DNA from: Lama guanicoe
Lineage: Eukaryota
DNA: 64,000 bases
Direction of reading: 5' to 3'
Assembly (NCBI GenBank): GCA_013239625.1
Contig: MU054925.1
Span: forward strand, 34,327,538-34,391,537
Each line of letters opens with the position of its first letter. Positions within the stretch are counted from its first letter, which is position 1. Positions 12,201 through 25,168 of the stretch are shown piece by piece. The notes under the pieces were generated by a model. That model made no database searches. It was given only the letters and a program-made list of their open reading frames with translations, and was not told where the DNA came from. The position numbers and the translations under genes are program-made.

Positions 12201-14099
12201 CTGGGTCATGCCCAGGGCCCTTCGGCCCAGCCTGACAGCCACCACTTCCCCAGGGCCACCCTCGGGAGATGCCACACCGTCCACACCCCTGCCTGCCCGG
12301 GTGGGCTGCTCCTGCTTCAGGGTCCCCGCCTCCCAGCCAGTGCCCTTACAGCCAGCCTCACGTACAAGTGACCGGGACACTCGGGAACAGGTTCGGCCTC
12401 CACCTGAGCTCCAGAAAACGAAACAGGACATGGGGCACGTTCGTCCCAGACTGGACGGCTCTGCAGGCTGCGGAAGGGCAAGGAAACGTACAGAGGGCAG
12501 CTGGCAGCGGTGTGAGCCCAGGCCGTAAGGACACAGGTGAGTGCAGAGGGGTGGAGATACAGGGCCTTCTATAGTGTCACTTGTCATGGGACACGTCTCC
12601 AGTGATGGGCCTCACTGCTGTCAGCATGGGCTGCAGGGGGTCCCACCCTGGGACCCTGCGTGGAGGGGAGGCCTGGGCCACGCTGCCCTGTCCCGGGGAG
12701 CAGAGCCCCTGGCTGCTGGAGCCCTTTGTGCCAGCAGAGAGACAGAAACGCAGTTGTGCCCAGCAATCACTGGGGGGTCACTTCTCAGGGAGTCGCGGGA
12801 ACTGAGGCAGCCTCGGTGGAGGAGGCGGAGGGGACTGGTGAGTCCACGGGGGAGCGGCCAAGCCCTCCTCACCGCGTTCTCCACCCGCCCCTCCAGCCAG
12901 GCTCTGCTGGGAGGGTGAAGCTCCGCACTGAAGGAACTTCTACGCCTCCCGCCAAGAGCGGCACCTGGCTGCCTCCCCTGCTTCGTCCTCCTCACAGCCT
13001 GCCTCCTTCCATCCTCCCAGAACTCTTACGTCCGCTGCTCAGGGGACACGTGTGCAGGCTTCCTCCAGCCCTAGGTTCTCATCCTGAACATTTTCAAACC
13101 TGTGTGTGCAACTCAGAGACAGACCCACTTCACCCAGATCCATCATCCACGGGGTTCCGCCCATCTCCGCTGAGAGCTGGCGGTCAGGACCCTTCACCCC
13201 CAAACCCTCCGGCAGCATCTCCTACGAGCCAGGTGACGCCGACTCTCTACGTAAACACGCGATGACCACCACGGTCGGGACACTTCATGGCAGCAGGAAA
13301 ATCATTTTCTAAAATGTGCCCTATATTTGACTTTTTCTGATTATCCCAAGAACCACCAGCCCTTAAATCTGGGGCTCAATCGGGCACGTCCTCACTGACC
13401 TGCCTCCTCCTGACCCTCCAGCTGCCCTGTCCACACCCTCTCTCTGGCCTCTCGGGACACTGATGCTGGGTTAGGGTCCAGGACGGCTGTTCCTGAGAAG
13501 GTCCCTCTGCGTGGATTTGGACAATTGTTTCTGCACGCTCGGCTCAGCTGCAGGTGACAGCACATCCTTGGTGGGTGCCGTTACTGAGGTGAGGGATTGA
13601 GGTGGTGGCCACAGGCTGCCCCATCGGCAGGCCGGCCGGCATGTCTCCCATGCACATGCTTGGTTGGCACACGAGGTCATGCAACACCCCTCCTGCGTCC
13701 ACGGGGGCAGCTTTGTGACTGTGCCAACGTGACACAACAGGGCCTTGGAGTCAAGATTACAAACGCTGGCTCTCTTGGGACCCTGGAGAGCCCACACCGA
13801 GGGGACACGTGTGAACGTCCTGCCAACAGTCCTGGGAAGTCCCAACTGACTGCCAGAGGCCGGGGTGGAAGACAGTTTTAGATGGTTCCAGCCACCAGAC
13901 GGGAAGTCGTCTGGACCTTAGGAAGCAGAGGGGGCCCATCCTGCGCCCTGTCTGCGCGCCTGGCTCACGGGCCCTACGACCCTAATGACGGCCGTTCTGA
14001 GGTGACCTGCTGCATGGAGCGGCTGACTGCCCGCCCTTCCCCCACAACACACTCCGAGGACCGATGCTGTAAGACCGCGGGACAGTCCAGCTCCCGTCG

Positions 14100-16300
14100 G
14101 CCTTACATCAGTTCATGGTTTTCAATGAATTGATTATTATTATGATAGTAGCAAAGGAGAGGCTGTTGATAACCGTCTCTGTGGTTAGCGGTCGTCATTC
14201 TGTGAAGAAAGGTTCCCTTTCCTTCTCCTCCTTTGCTTCCATATATTTTCGTATCAGAATGGACTCAAATTCTTTCCTTAAAATGCAGTGCATTATAACC
14301 CATTTCTGTCATTACGCGTTGTGCTGCTCAGACAAGGCACCCGAACCTGGCTCGGGGCCCTCCTTCTGGCCGGCTCCTCTGTCCTGAGTACATCCACACC
14401 CCTCGTCATGTCTGGAACGCTCCCGACATCTAGGTGCGGGTGGCACACAGCGGGCTGAGCTGTGCAGCCACTGGCTGAGAGGCTGGGTGTCTTTTCATGT
14501 GCCCACCTGCCATCTGTGTCCCCTCGGCTAATCGTCCTAATCGGACTGTCGGTCTTTATTTATGTATTTTCCTGCCGGCAAGCTGAGCGCACTTTCTGTT
14601 CCAATCCCGGGCCTTTGTCTGGTGTGTGGTTTGCAAACACGTTCCCCCGTCCGTAGCTTCTCTTGCCATCTTCCGCCCAGGGCCTCGCACAGAACGAAAG
14701 CTTGTGATCTCGATGAGGCCCATTGCGTCGTTGTCTCCTTTTATGGCACTTGCTCTGGATGGTTTCAATTTCAGCGTCCAGATGTTGTCAGAACACAGCA
14801 GCCTGCGACACGACTGACTCTCGTGTGTTGGGCTAGGGTCTCGCGAGCGTGCCGAGTGCCTTTACTCGTGCCACGGTTGGTTTCGGTTTTGATTCCTCAG
14901 GACTTTCCAAGCAGGTGACGGTGTCACATGAAAACGGGGACAGTTCCACTTCTTCCTTTCCAATCCACAAGCCCTGCATTTCTCTTTCTTGTCCTACTGC
15001 AGAGGCCAGTGTCTCGCTGGTGCCCTGAGGGACAGCGGTGATGCCTGGTCCCCATCTTAGGGGGAGGGCGCTCAGAATCCCATCCTTACCCTGGTGACAG
15101 CTGCGGGGTTCCAGTGCATGGTCCTTAACAAGTTAAGGTAGCTCCCGCCCTCTGGTCCTGATTTTCTGAAAGGTTTTTTTTTGTTTTTTGTTTTTGTTTT
15201 TGTCTCATGAGTGGCTGTTGACTTTTGTCAAATACTTCTCTGTCGGTTAATATGACCATATGATTTTTCCCCCTTCACTTGACATGATGGATTTAATTGA
15301 TTTTCAAACACTGACCCAGCCTTGCACATCCAGAAAAAAAGCCCACTTTATATACACATGGTATATAACTCTATTCTTTTTAAAGAAAAATTCTTTTCAT
15401 CCATTGCTGATTTTGGTTTGCAAACATTTAGTGGAGGATTTTGTGTCCAAATTCATGAGAAACCTCGTCTGCAGTTTCGCCTGCATCTGGTTTGGTCACA
15501 CTGCTTGTCTGACAAGGTAATACTGGCTGCATAAAGTGAGCTGGGAAGTCTCCCCGGGGCTTCCTTTTTCTAGAAGAGATTGTGTAGAACTGGTTTCCGT
15601 TCTTCTTTAAGTGTCTGGCAGCGACCTCCAGAGCAGCCGCTGCGGCCCGGAGACTCCCTCTCCCGGAGGTTTACAGTCGCGGCGTCCTGTCTTTCGCGGC
15701 CACAGGACTACTCTGCGTACCAGCGTCACCTCAGCTGAGCTTTTGTAGTTTGTGGTTTTCGAAGAGTCGGCCCATTCCTTCTGCATTGTTGAATTTACGA
15801 GCCTAAAGCTGCTGGTGGGGTCACCTCCCCGGAGGGGCGGCCGAGGGACGTGCGTGACCACCTGTCTCACTGCTGCTCACGCGACGTGTGTCCCTTGGTC
15901 TCTGTCAGTCTTGCCAGACAGAGGTTTATCGATTTTATTCATTCTTTCCAAGAACCAGCGTTCTGTGTCATCAGTTCTCTCAGCTGTTTCCTGTTAGGAC
16001 TGTATTTTCTGTTCCCACCTCCCCTGTTCCCTTTCTCCTGCTTGCTGTGGTTTATTTTGCTCTTGTTTTTCTAATCTCTTGAGGTAGAATCTTTAATCTG
16101 AAACTTCTCCTCTTTTCTAATGAAGCTTTTACTGCTGTAAGTTTCCCTTTCAACCCTGCTTACGCTGTAACCCACGCATTTTCACATGTTGGTTTCAATT
16201 CTTTTAAGTTTAAGGTTTCTTTTATGACCCAGGATATAAACTATTTTGGTTCCACAGGTGGTCAAAAACGCAAACGTGGCTGTTGCTGGAGTGTCTTTCC
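14100..16300 (-). mobile_element. Ancient L1 (L1MC/L1M-like) remnant: 3' UTR piece plus ORF2 fragments
   Basis: Typical antisense L1 phrases: tatcagaatggactca (14252), ggtttgcaaacacgttcccc, gacagttccacttcttcctttccaat (14939), ttttgtcaaatacttctctg, aggtttatcgattttattcattctttccaagaaccagc (15921). Confidence 0.8.
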
Positions 16301-16914
16301 AGGGCAGCCAGGCCCTGCCGGGCGGCTGCGCCCCGACCTCGCGCGCCCTTGATGATTTTCCACCCAGCACGCCAGTCAGCGGCTGAGAAGGCACTCGTGT
16401 CTCTAGGCGGGAGAAAGGACTCTCCTGTCCACGGATGAGGACCACTCCCCAGGCCAGTGCTCCCCAGCCACCTCCGTCACGCTGTCAAGCCACCTGGGGT
16501 CCCTGGGGGGAGGAAGGGACTCTCCGGCCCCTCAGGATGAAGAGCGCTTCTTGGGGCCGCTTGTCAGGGCGGCTCTCACCTGGTCCCCAGTGTGGCTGGT
16601 GGGACCCCCTCCATCTGGAGGAGCGGGAGGCCCCCTGGGCAGCCGTCTGCACGAGGCGGGGCCCGGGGGCACTGGCCTGGGCTTGCGTCCTGTCACTAGG
16701 TGGGGCCGTGAGCCCCTCCAGCCCAGGCTCCCACCCCGGCCCCCTCCTCTGGTCCTGCACCCACACTTCCGGGGTTCTCAGCCGCACCTCACGGGAAGGA
16801 GCGGGAGAGGGTGGGAAGCCCTCCTGCACTAACCCGGTTGCTCCTCGGCTGGGTGGCCCTGCCGGCGGGCAGCTAGCTTCACTTACTTCTGCCTGTATTC
16901 ATCTTAACCCCATC

Positions 16915-17100
16915 TTTGTTGATTTAATTTTTGAATAAGCAAAATATTAACATGGTTCGAAAGCCAGACTATTTATAGGAACTGTACTCAGAGATGCCCC
17001 ACCGCTCCGTGTCCTCCCAGCCCGTCCCCGCACCTGCAGGTACAAGCCTCCCTCGTTTCTAGTTCATCCGTCCCCAGTCTCCTCCTGGGAACTAAGGAGG
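16915..17100 (-). mobile_element. Old L1 (L1MC/ME-like) 3'-end fragment
   Basis: tttaatttttgaataagcaaaatattaacatggttcgaaag resembles the reverse complement of an L1M 3' terminus. Confidence 0.45.
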
Positions 17101-20100
17101 TTCACGTGCATCTGTCTCTTCCTCTGCCTCCGCCGCTGAGACTCTGGGCAGCAGTTAGCCACTCGCAGCCCAGAGAGTTAACTCCGCAGTCCGTGTGCTT
17201 CCCCTCTCCGGGCCCATTCACGCCCGGCCTCGCCCTGCCCCACTGCTCAGGCCTCTCTGTCACACTCCCGCTTCCCGGCTCACTGACCGGAGCTCTCAGA
17301 CTTTCCTCCTGTTCTTACTTCTCCTTCCGTCATTAGCACAACCGAGAGTGGATCTAAAGAAACAAGGCCGTGCCTCACAGGACAAGCGTTCCTGCTGGAG
17401 CCTGCTGAGAGCCGGTTTCTGTGCAGTGGCCTCACGTCCCATGAAGTCCCTGCCGGCACGTGGAGGGTCGCCGGGGCAGCTGCCCACGCGGGACGCTCTG
17501 CCCACAGCTTTGGGATCACACATTCAGGAGGAAACTGAGATGTTTCCTGTAACTGCTGAGAAAACAGAAAGTGGTCACAACTGAACTTTACCACATTCCT
17601 TCAAATGTCACCAAACACAGACACCAAAGTGACAAGGACAGAGGACCACCGCCACATACAGCCCACTGTACACAGCAATCCAGGACCCGGACGCCACTGA
17701 CTCTGCCCCCAGCACCTTGCTGTTGCTCCCAGGGTTGTGGGCTCTGCCCAACTCCCACCCCCATCCCAGGCCAGCAACCCTGCTTGTGGCCGCAGGGTTG
17801 GTGAACAGCTGGCTCAGGGCCAGACAACCGTGCCTCCGGGGCGTGGACAGAGTGGGTGTGAGGCCAGTACGCCTGCCAGGTGCCCCAGGGACACAGAGGT
17901 GCCCGCAGGTCCCGCGGTTCCAGCAAAGCCCCTGCTGGCAACCAGCAAGCCAGTCCCGCGGGATCTGGTTATCTCACCAGTAGCTGGAGTTCTCGTCACC
18001 ACCCGGCCCTCTGAACCAGGACGGCCTGCATTCCCCCAGGAAGCCGGGGAAGGCTGGGCCCTACATTCCCCGCTGAGAATCCAGGGCAGAATTCCTCACA
18101 TTCCAAAGCACTTCAAGTGAGCCGGGAAGCCTGACGCCTTTCACGCGCTGTTGCTCAGGTGCCAGGTCCAGCCTGCCTGCTGGTGCCGCCCCAGAACCGG
18201 GGACTGCGGGCATCAAGCACCAGACGCCTCCAAACTGGCTGCTTTATCCCAATGGCACAGGGTGAGGCGCACGGCCCAGAGGTCTTTAAAGACTACGGCC
18301 CTTCCGTGACATTGCCCATGGCTCTCGAGGGCATGTGAGTGCGTCTGCACCTTGTTTCACGTACGTGGGGCCTGGGGGGCACCTGAGCTGCTGCTGATGG
18401 GAGGTGGAAGGCCTCTGTCCTGAAGGGAGGCTGCGGCTGGCCTCCGCATGGGCAGGCTCACAGCCACAGCCCTCCAGGCCCGCAGTGGGGTGCTGAGCAC
18501 AGAGGACGCTCCCCCTTTCTCTGGACGTTCTGGACGTCTGGTGCTGTGATGTGTGAATGTGAATCACTTCCTGACCTGGAGGTCACTGAGGGCAGGAAGC
18601 CAACGACGTCGGCTGTGGAGGCCAGCACGGGAAACACTGGGAAACCCTGTGCTGGGCTGGAGGACAGGGGCTTCTGTCGAGGAGAGGCAGGGCTGAGTCC
18701 GAGGGACACGCAGGAGCCAGCAGGTGAAGTCAGGCAGGGCGGAGACGCTCGGACAAAGCAGCAAGGAATCGGGACAGGGACACAGGGACTGCCAGGGATG
18801 ATGCCCTCGTCCAGGTGACAGGTGACGGGGCGGTGGGGGTGCAGGAGGCAAAGGACTGAGTCTAGGACATGCAGGGACAGGGAGAGGGCCGGGCGGGCAG
18901 ACCCCGAATCGTCCAGCTGGGGACGAGTTCACAGCCCTCGTCCCGGGAGGACGTTGTTTGGGGTGTTGAGCCTCACGCAGACCGCCACCCCTGCCACCTT
19001 CTCAGCCACTGCACCCCGACCCTGGACCTCCTCCTCCTGAGTCCACAACCACTCTTGTCCCTAAGGCTCCTCCAGGCTCACCTGCTCCGTGACCACTGTC
19101 ACTGAGCCCGGGAGCAGGACAAGGTGTAGCCGAGCCCTTCACCCACAGGGAGTGTAGCGCAGACCAAGGCACTCACTTTCACGGCCACCTTGAGTGTGGG
19201 ACGGGGAGCTGGACGAGGAGGACGCGGCCCTGACACAAAGCGGCAGGACCCCGGGGCCATTTCCATTTCTGAAGCACACCTGCCTGGAGGAGGCGCAGCC
19301 GCCCAGAGCAGCGGCGGCCCCGTCCCGGCCTCCCCCGAGAGCACAGACAAGCTAGAGCACATCTGCTCGAGGCCCATGGAAAGGAGGGCCGGCGAGGCTG
19401 GGCGGGAAACGCCACGTCCCTCCACTGGCAGGGCCCAGCTGGCGGGCTCGGTTCTCCTGGCGCCTCCCTCACCTTCCCCACCTGATGGATGCCTCACTCA
19501 TCCCGCGGGTTTTAGGACACGGGGATGAAACCTGGGCTCACCAAGGAGACGAGGTGCTGGGCCGAAGCCTGGCCCTGGGCAGAACGCATGCAGGGACGTC
19601 AGCGTTCGGACGCTCGGGACCGGGGCCACCAGGAAGAGGCCCGGGGGCCCAGCAATCACCTAGGACACTAGCCCAGCACTCCTCAGGTGTCAGAGCGCCT
19701 GCTAGTTAGCGAGCTAGCGGGCTAGTCACCGCTCACCGAAACGCTGATCCCTGGGCCCCACCTGCGCCTGGAATTTCCGGAGGAAACTGCAGTTCCCTTG
19801 GGGGACCGTGAGGCCAGGGCCACCCTGAGAGTGCTCCACACTCTGTGCCTGGTCATCGCTGTCGGGGCGCTGCCCTGACACACAGCAAGCTGCCCACTCA
19901 GGACACCGCCCTCTGCCCTCAGAAGCCGCCTCCTCCTGGAAGCCCACCTTTCTGCTCGCACATGTTTACTGGCCACCTGCTCTCTGCCAGACCCCACGTA
20001 CCCCTGATGGATCAGACCCAGAGGACGCTGAGCTCAGATCCTGGAGGGGAGATGCCACGAGACAGCGTGACAAGGGCTAGAACACAGACCCGGGGGCCTG

Positions 20101-21269
20101 GGGACACAGGGCTTCATGCGTGCGGAAAACGGAGTGGTGGGCGGCCTGCTGGTGCCTGAGGCTTTGCATCGCCAACTCTTGACTGAGTGTCATGTTCTCA
20201 CAGAAACGGCAAAACCGGCCGAACACTCCCAGTAAGCCCCCATCACCGGACACACCCTGTAACCAGCACCCAGGTTAAGGAAGGGGCCCTCGCCCACCCA
20301 TGAGCCCTCCAAAGGGGCCAGCCATCCACCTTCCAACAGCTCAGAGCAGTTTCCACGCTCGGACTTCCTGTAAAGGGCCATCCCGCCCCCACGTGCCCCC
20401 ACGCTGGCCTGAGCCTCGAGCGTGTGTGCGGCTGGATCAGATTGTTCCTGCAGGCCTCCAGTGAGGACCAGCTGCTTCATCCACAGGACATCCTGCAGTG
20501 CACCCCGGGTGAAATAGGGCTGTGTTCTGTGGGTTGCAGACTTGCCAGGCCTTGGGGCTTGGCTCCGTTAGCTTCGGGGACCCCAGATGACAGCCTTCCA
20601 GGGCCGCCCTGCCAGGCTATCCCCAACCCCGCCGCAGTGTCTGGGGCACAGGCTGAACCGCCACACCTGGTGCCTGTTGTACCCACAGCAGCTCCACCGA
20701 GTGTGAGACAGGTCGCCTGGGGCTGTAACTGCAGCCCCCCTTCTCTTGTGAAGCAGAGTTCCCTTCCTCAGACACCCCCGAACACCAAGAGGGGCCGTTC
20801 AGTGCCAGCACTGAGAAGGCTGCAGGCTTGGTGGGATCAAGGGACGGCTGCCCCTAAAGGTCTGAGCAGGAGCAGAGGGAAAACCAGGAGCAGCACTGCC
20901 GCTCACACCCCAGTGCTGGACAGTCAGGAGGGCCCTCCCCTCTCAGTCCGTGAAGCCAGGCCCCCAGATGCCCTCGCCCCTCAGCTCTGAGGCCATTTCC
21001 ATAGAGCTGGGGGTTCTCTGGTCACAGGAAGTGGGTCTCAGGAGTCCTCCCCTCTGGGCCCTGATCCTCAACGTCCCCTCCCCTTCCAAACTGGACTGTG
21101 GACTTTGGGAGGTAGGAACCACAACTGTCCCAGCTGTCCCTGCGCTGGCAGTGGGCAGGATTACGTTAACGTGGGATTAGCGAGCGGGTCTGTCCACCAC
21201 TCTGTGGCTGCTCTGCACGAGTGACCACTCACCCCCAGGCAAATGGCAGGTCCGTCTTAAAATTCCTGC

Positions 21270-21365
21270 TTCAAAGATAAGGAAACTGAGGCAGTGGAAT
21301 TTAAACAACCTGCTCAAGTCACACAGGCTGTTTCATTCCTGCAACAGAGCCAGGGTTGAGCCCTG
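21270..21365 (-). mobile_element. MIR SINE core fragment
   Basis: agataaggaaactgaggcag...aacaacctgctcaagtcacacag...cagagccagggttgagccc. Confidence 0.7.
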
Positions 21366-23295
21366 CTGGGCCCCTAAGCCTGCTCGCCGCCCCTCCAGGA
21401 ACCCAGGCCGAGGCAGAAGGCAGGCGGGCGCAGGGCCACCAGCACCGCAGGTCTCCGCGGGAGGGTGGTGCACAGGGTCGCCCTTGCCCAGGACAGCTGA
21501 CTTCTGGCAAGGCGAGCGAGGGACCCACTCCGGGACACTTCCTGCGGGAGATGGCCCAGTGCACCGAGCCTCGGCCCTGAGCCAGGCGAGATGGCGAGAG
21601 ATTCGGGGCCGTGGCTCTTCTGGTCAAAGAGGTACCACAGCTTCTCCCACCACACGCCCAGCATGGGCGGAGAGACCCCCTGCTCTCTGCCCTCTGCTTC
21701 CCGCGGGTGCTGGACATCACTCCCGGCTTGCTCCTGGGGGTCCAAGACCATCACGGGGCCCTGGTGAGCCCAGCATCTTGCCTCCCTCCGCAGTGAAATG
21801 GAGAAACCTACTCACTCAGGTCTGGTGGTCTGCGCGCGAGGAACAGCGGCTCAGAAAGACCGGGAAGCCTGGGCGCCCGACGAAACGTGATTCCCGCACC
21901 ATGATTCCCAGGAACCGTCTGGGTGCAGGAGGGTCAGGATATCCCTGCCCTCAGAGCTGGCTGGACCCTGCAGGCTCTCCTGCACCTGCCTGTCGAGGCC
22001 AGGCCTGCAGCCGGGCTGCCCCCGCCGCACCCCCACCCCAGCTGCTGGGGTCGAGGACGATCGGGTAGCTGATCCCAGTCGCCCACAAACAGTTTTTCAC
22101 CATCAATTTCTAAGCTTAAAAGGAAATAAACAGGAGCTGGATGGCCAGAGGGCCAGGGGCCGTGCGCGCAGAAGGCAGTGTCTGGGTCTGAGCAATTCAA
22201 CAGACGAAGCAGAACTTTCATGAAAACAGAAAAGCAATAGCTACTGCAGGAGGCTGTCAGACGCTGTGCCCCAGGAGGCAGAAGTTCCCTGAGAAGACCC
22301 CTGGACCCTGTGCGCCCCAGCCCCACCTCCTGCCAGGGCACGCCTCTGTGCAAAGTGCTGGAGTCTGGGGGTCGGCGGCTCCACGCATCCCTGGGGCGCA
22401 CTCACAGCCCCATTCACAGGAGGGCGGCGCCTGCATGTGGAGTGAGGACTGACCTGGGACAGAGGGGAAGGGGGGCGACGAAGGGGGCCTAGCCAGGGAC
22501 GCTCCTTCCCCCACTGGCTTAGGTAGGAGGAAACGCCCCGAGGCCATGTCCCTCTCACCGCCCCACCCCAGACACTTCCAGGAGCCAGACCCAGAGAGGA
22601 CGGGCCCACAGGACACTGCTGTCAGGGCTGCCCCCGCCGCGGGCTCAGGTCACAGTCATTGTCACAGCTGCAGGTAGCCAGGGCCACGGGGGCCTCCCTC
22701 CGCATGGCGCACCTCACAGGTCTGGCACCGCCTGAACGTGGCAGGGGCGCACGGGGGTGGTGACCGGGAGCAGGAGCAGCCCGTCCCGCCCCTGCTGCCT
22801 GGCTCCAGGGTGACCAGCCCCAGAAGAGCCTGCGGGAGCCAAGCCCTCGAGCAGGCCCTCAACTTCAAAGCTCCACACCGTGGCTCCCGGGCCTGCTAGC
22901 GACAGCCGGCAGCTAGGGTCCTGCGGCCACCACCTCGGCAGAGGGAGAACCATGTGTTTTAACCTGCCAACCATCCCCATCCATGTTTTAAGCCGTTTCT
23001 TTGAAAACTGCCACGATCAACAGACTAAATCACCCCCAAAAGTAAGCAAGTCCCCCAGTGAGTTTTCACAAGTCGCTCAGGCAAGGGCAGGCCATCTGTG
23101 TCTGAGTCTCACCCACTTTGAAGGCTCAACCTCAGGAAAACAGAGATGGTGCCTCCGACCTCCCAACGCCCAGGAGCATGTCAGCGACACGAGGTTACAC
23201 GTGTTCACAGTGGGGGTCACGCCGTTGTCGCTCCTTCCCAAACAGCAGCAGGGCTGGTGACGGAGGTGTGGGCTCCACCCGCGGGACCAGCTCAC

Positions 23296-23379
23296 CTGCT
23301 TCTCCAGGCGCCCCAGCTGCTCCTTGTAGAAGGCGTCGCGGCGTCTCAGCTCTGCCTCCCGGCTCTCCAGCTCCTTGGC
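23296..23379 (-). CDS. CHCHD6: Internal coding exon (84 nt, phase 0/0; equivalent to human exon 5) of CHCHD6 / MIC25, MICOS complex subunit
   Basis: The minus strand reads ...ctgttctcttcccag|GCC AAG GAG CTG GAG AGC CGG GAG GCA GAG CTG AGA CGC CGC GAC GCC TTC TAC AAG GAG CAG CTG GGG CGC CTG GAG AAG CAG|gtgagc, i.e. AKELESREAELRRRDAFYKEQLGRLEKQ. This matches recalled human MIC25 ARELESREAELRRRDTFYKEQLERIERK. Splice sites are canonical AG/GT. I did not find the neighbouring exons in the window, consistent with the very large CHCHD6 introns. Confidence 0.93.
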
Positions 23380-23413
23380 CTGGGAAGAGAACAGAGCCCA
23401 TGTCAGCTGTCAG
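23380..23413 (-). promoter_or_regulatory. 3' splice site of the CHCHD6 exon: polypyrimidine tract, CAG acceptor and two tandem CTGAC branch-point candidates
   Basis: The minus strand reads gCTGACagCTGACatgggctctgttctcttcccag. The candidate branch adenosines are at 23403 and 23410, about 24 and 31 nt upstream of the exon. Confidence 0.7.
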
Positions 23414-23597
23414 CCGGGCAGCAGGGGGCTGGACTGGGGCTGCAACGATGCAGACTTACGAAGGGAAACCTGCGCTGTGTGGGGTCACCCCCCACTGTGG
23501 TGCCACCACGCACCGTCAAGGGAGGACACCGCAGAACCACCACCCTGCTGAGGGCCACATGCTGCCCACCATCCCTGGGAGGCGGGCAGGGTCACTG

Positions 23598-23695
23598 TGA
23601 CCCCATCACAGACGACGGGACAGAGGGGCTTAAGTGACCAGCCCAGAGCTCAGAGCTACGAGGGGGGAGCAGGGCCTGGTCACCACGCGGTCTGG
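23598..23695 (-). mobile_element. MIR SINE fragment (GC-shifted)
   Basis: ccccatcacagacgacgggacagaggggcttaagtgaccagcccagagctcagagct... Confidence 0.5.
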
Positions 23696-23764
23696 AAGTG
23701 CCTAGCTGTCCTCTGGGACCACATCCTGCCCGTCTCAGGCTCTGAGCTCCAGCAGCAGGGGTGC

Positions 23765-24105
23765 CCCAAAATCCTTAACTAAACAATTAGCAAACCAAGT
23801 CCATCGATACGTGAAAAAGATGACACCACATGATCAGCAGGGATTTCTACCAGGAGTCCAAGGTAGCTTTAATGTACAAAAATCACCCACATGCCACATT
23901 AACAAACAAAAGGAGGAAAAGTCACACGCCAACCTCAAACAGATGCAGGAACAGCATTTGACAAAATACAACACCCATTTATCCAAAAAAAACCTCCGGC
24001 AAACCAGTAGCAGAAGGAGACTTCCTTAACGTGCTGAAGAGCGCTGTACAGAAGACCTGCGCATTACCACACTTATCGGTGGCATGTCTAATGCTCCTCT
24101 CCTAG
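23765..24105 (+). mobile_element. L1 ORF2 reverse-transcriptase fragment
   Basis: ORF 23811-24029 (KKMTPHDQQGFLPGVQGSFNVQKS..HINKQKEEKSH) resembles L1 ORF2 [34 protein letters not shown]. It is followed by gatgcaggaacagcatttgacaaaatacaacaccc. Confidence 0.85.
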
Positions 24106-24744
24106 GGCTGCAGAGAAAATGTTGGTAAGGACTTAGAAGATTTGGATACTAAAATTAGCAAGAGTGAACCAGTAAACGTCTTTCGAGAATCTCTATTCCC
24201 ACGTGGAATAAATGCTTGCATTCTCTTCAGAGCTGACCGGGACACTTGCAAAGTCAACCCCTCTTCCTGGGCCCGCCCACGAGGATAAACGAGCAAACTT
24301 CAGTGTGGCAGTGTCACGCGGACCACTCCTCGGATGACAATGTAATTAAATTACAAGTCAATGATGAGAAAGTTAAAAATGGGTTTCATGACATGCCTTC
24401 CTACGTGACACACAGGCTAAGAGAAAATAATTAGAGAAATTTCAAAATTCTAAGAACACAAGATCTACAGTCAAAAACGGTGTGATGTAGCAAATGCCGT
24501 GACCGAGAGTAACTTAACGGTCCTAAGTGCAGTGTTTTCAAAAAAGACTCAGGCAAAGGGACTTGCTCCTGGCCACACAGGCGTTGGGGCTAGGGGTACA
24601 GCTCACCAGCCTCACGGCGCTCGGACCCACATCACCCTACCCTGGACCGCGTGTCTGGGTAACGTAAAATCACTGGCTAATCACTAAACTGGGTGCCACT
24701 GAGACATCTTACAACAGCTCCTCAGACGTTTTAAAGCGCATTCA

Positions 24745-24835
24745 GTTGGGATTCTGATGAAGTACAGATTCTAAATTATCACTTTGGGATGGGCCGCAGT
24801 TAACACACTCCAACAAGCTCCAGGTGGCGTTTCTT
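24745..24835. mobile_element. MER5-like hAT DNA transposon fragment
   Basis: gattctgatgaagtacagattct...gggatgggccgcag...aacaagctccaggtggcg. Confidence 0.35.
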
Positions 24836-24962
24836 GGAGTCACAAGGCAGCAGTCACACCCGCAGAAAGAGACCTGAGGGATATGACCACCCCTGCCGTG
24901 AAGGGTCTAAATGCGCCCCCTACCCCTTCCTTCAGCTAGGCGATGTGCTCTACTTTAAAAGA

Positions 24963-25050
24963 CGGTATAGAGTCGGGGTCAGGTGAGCAGGCTTTGGAGG
25001 CAGAAAAAACTAGATCTGAGTGTTAAATCTGCCGCTTCCCACCAGCGACC
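24963..25050 (+). mobile_element. MIR fragment
   Basis: gagcaggctttggaggcagaaaaaactagatctgagtgttaaatctgccgcttccc. Confidence 0.5.
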
Positions 25051-25073
25051 CCGGTCTAGACTTGCTCCCCGCC

Positions 25074-25168
25074 CAGACTGTAAGCTCCTGGAGGTCAGGA
25101 AGGTTCTGTGTTTACGGCTCTGTCCCCAGGGCCACGTGGTAAACATCTGCTGAAACAATAAAGAATGG
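25074..25168 (+). mobile_element. L2 LINE 3'-end fragment
   Basis: agactgtaagctcctggaggtcagg...tctgtccccagggcc...taaacatctgctgaa. Confidence 0.7.

Larger units (their letters stand above)
1..23295 (-). other. CHCHD6: CHCHD6 intron downstream of the exon (partial, continues beyond the window)
   Basis: Begins at the GT donor (23295-23294). The next exon (NAEMYKLSS-like) was not found within the window. Confidence 0.75.
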
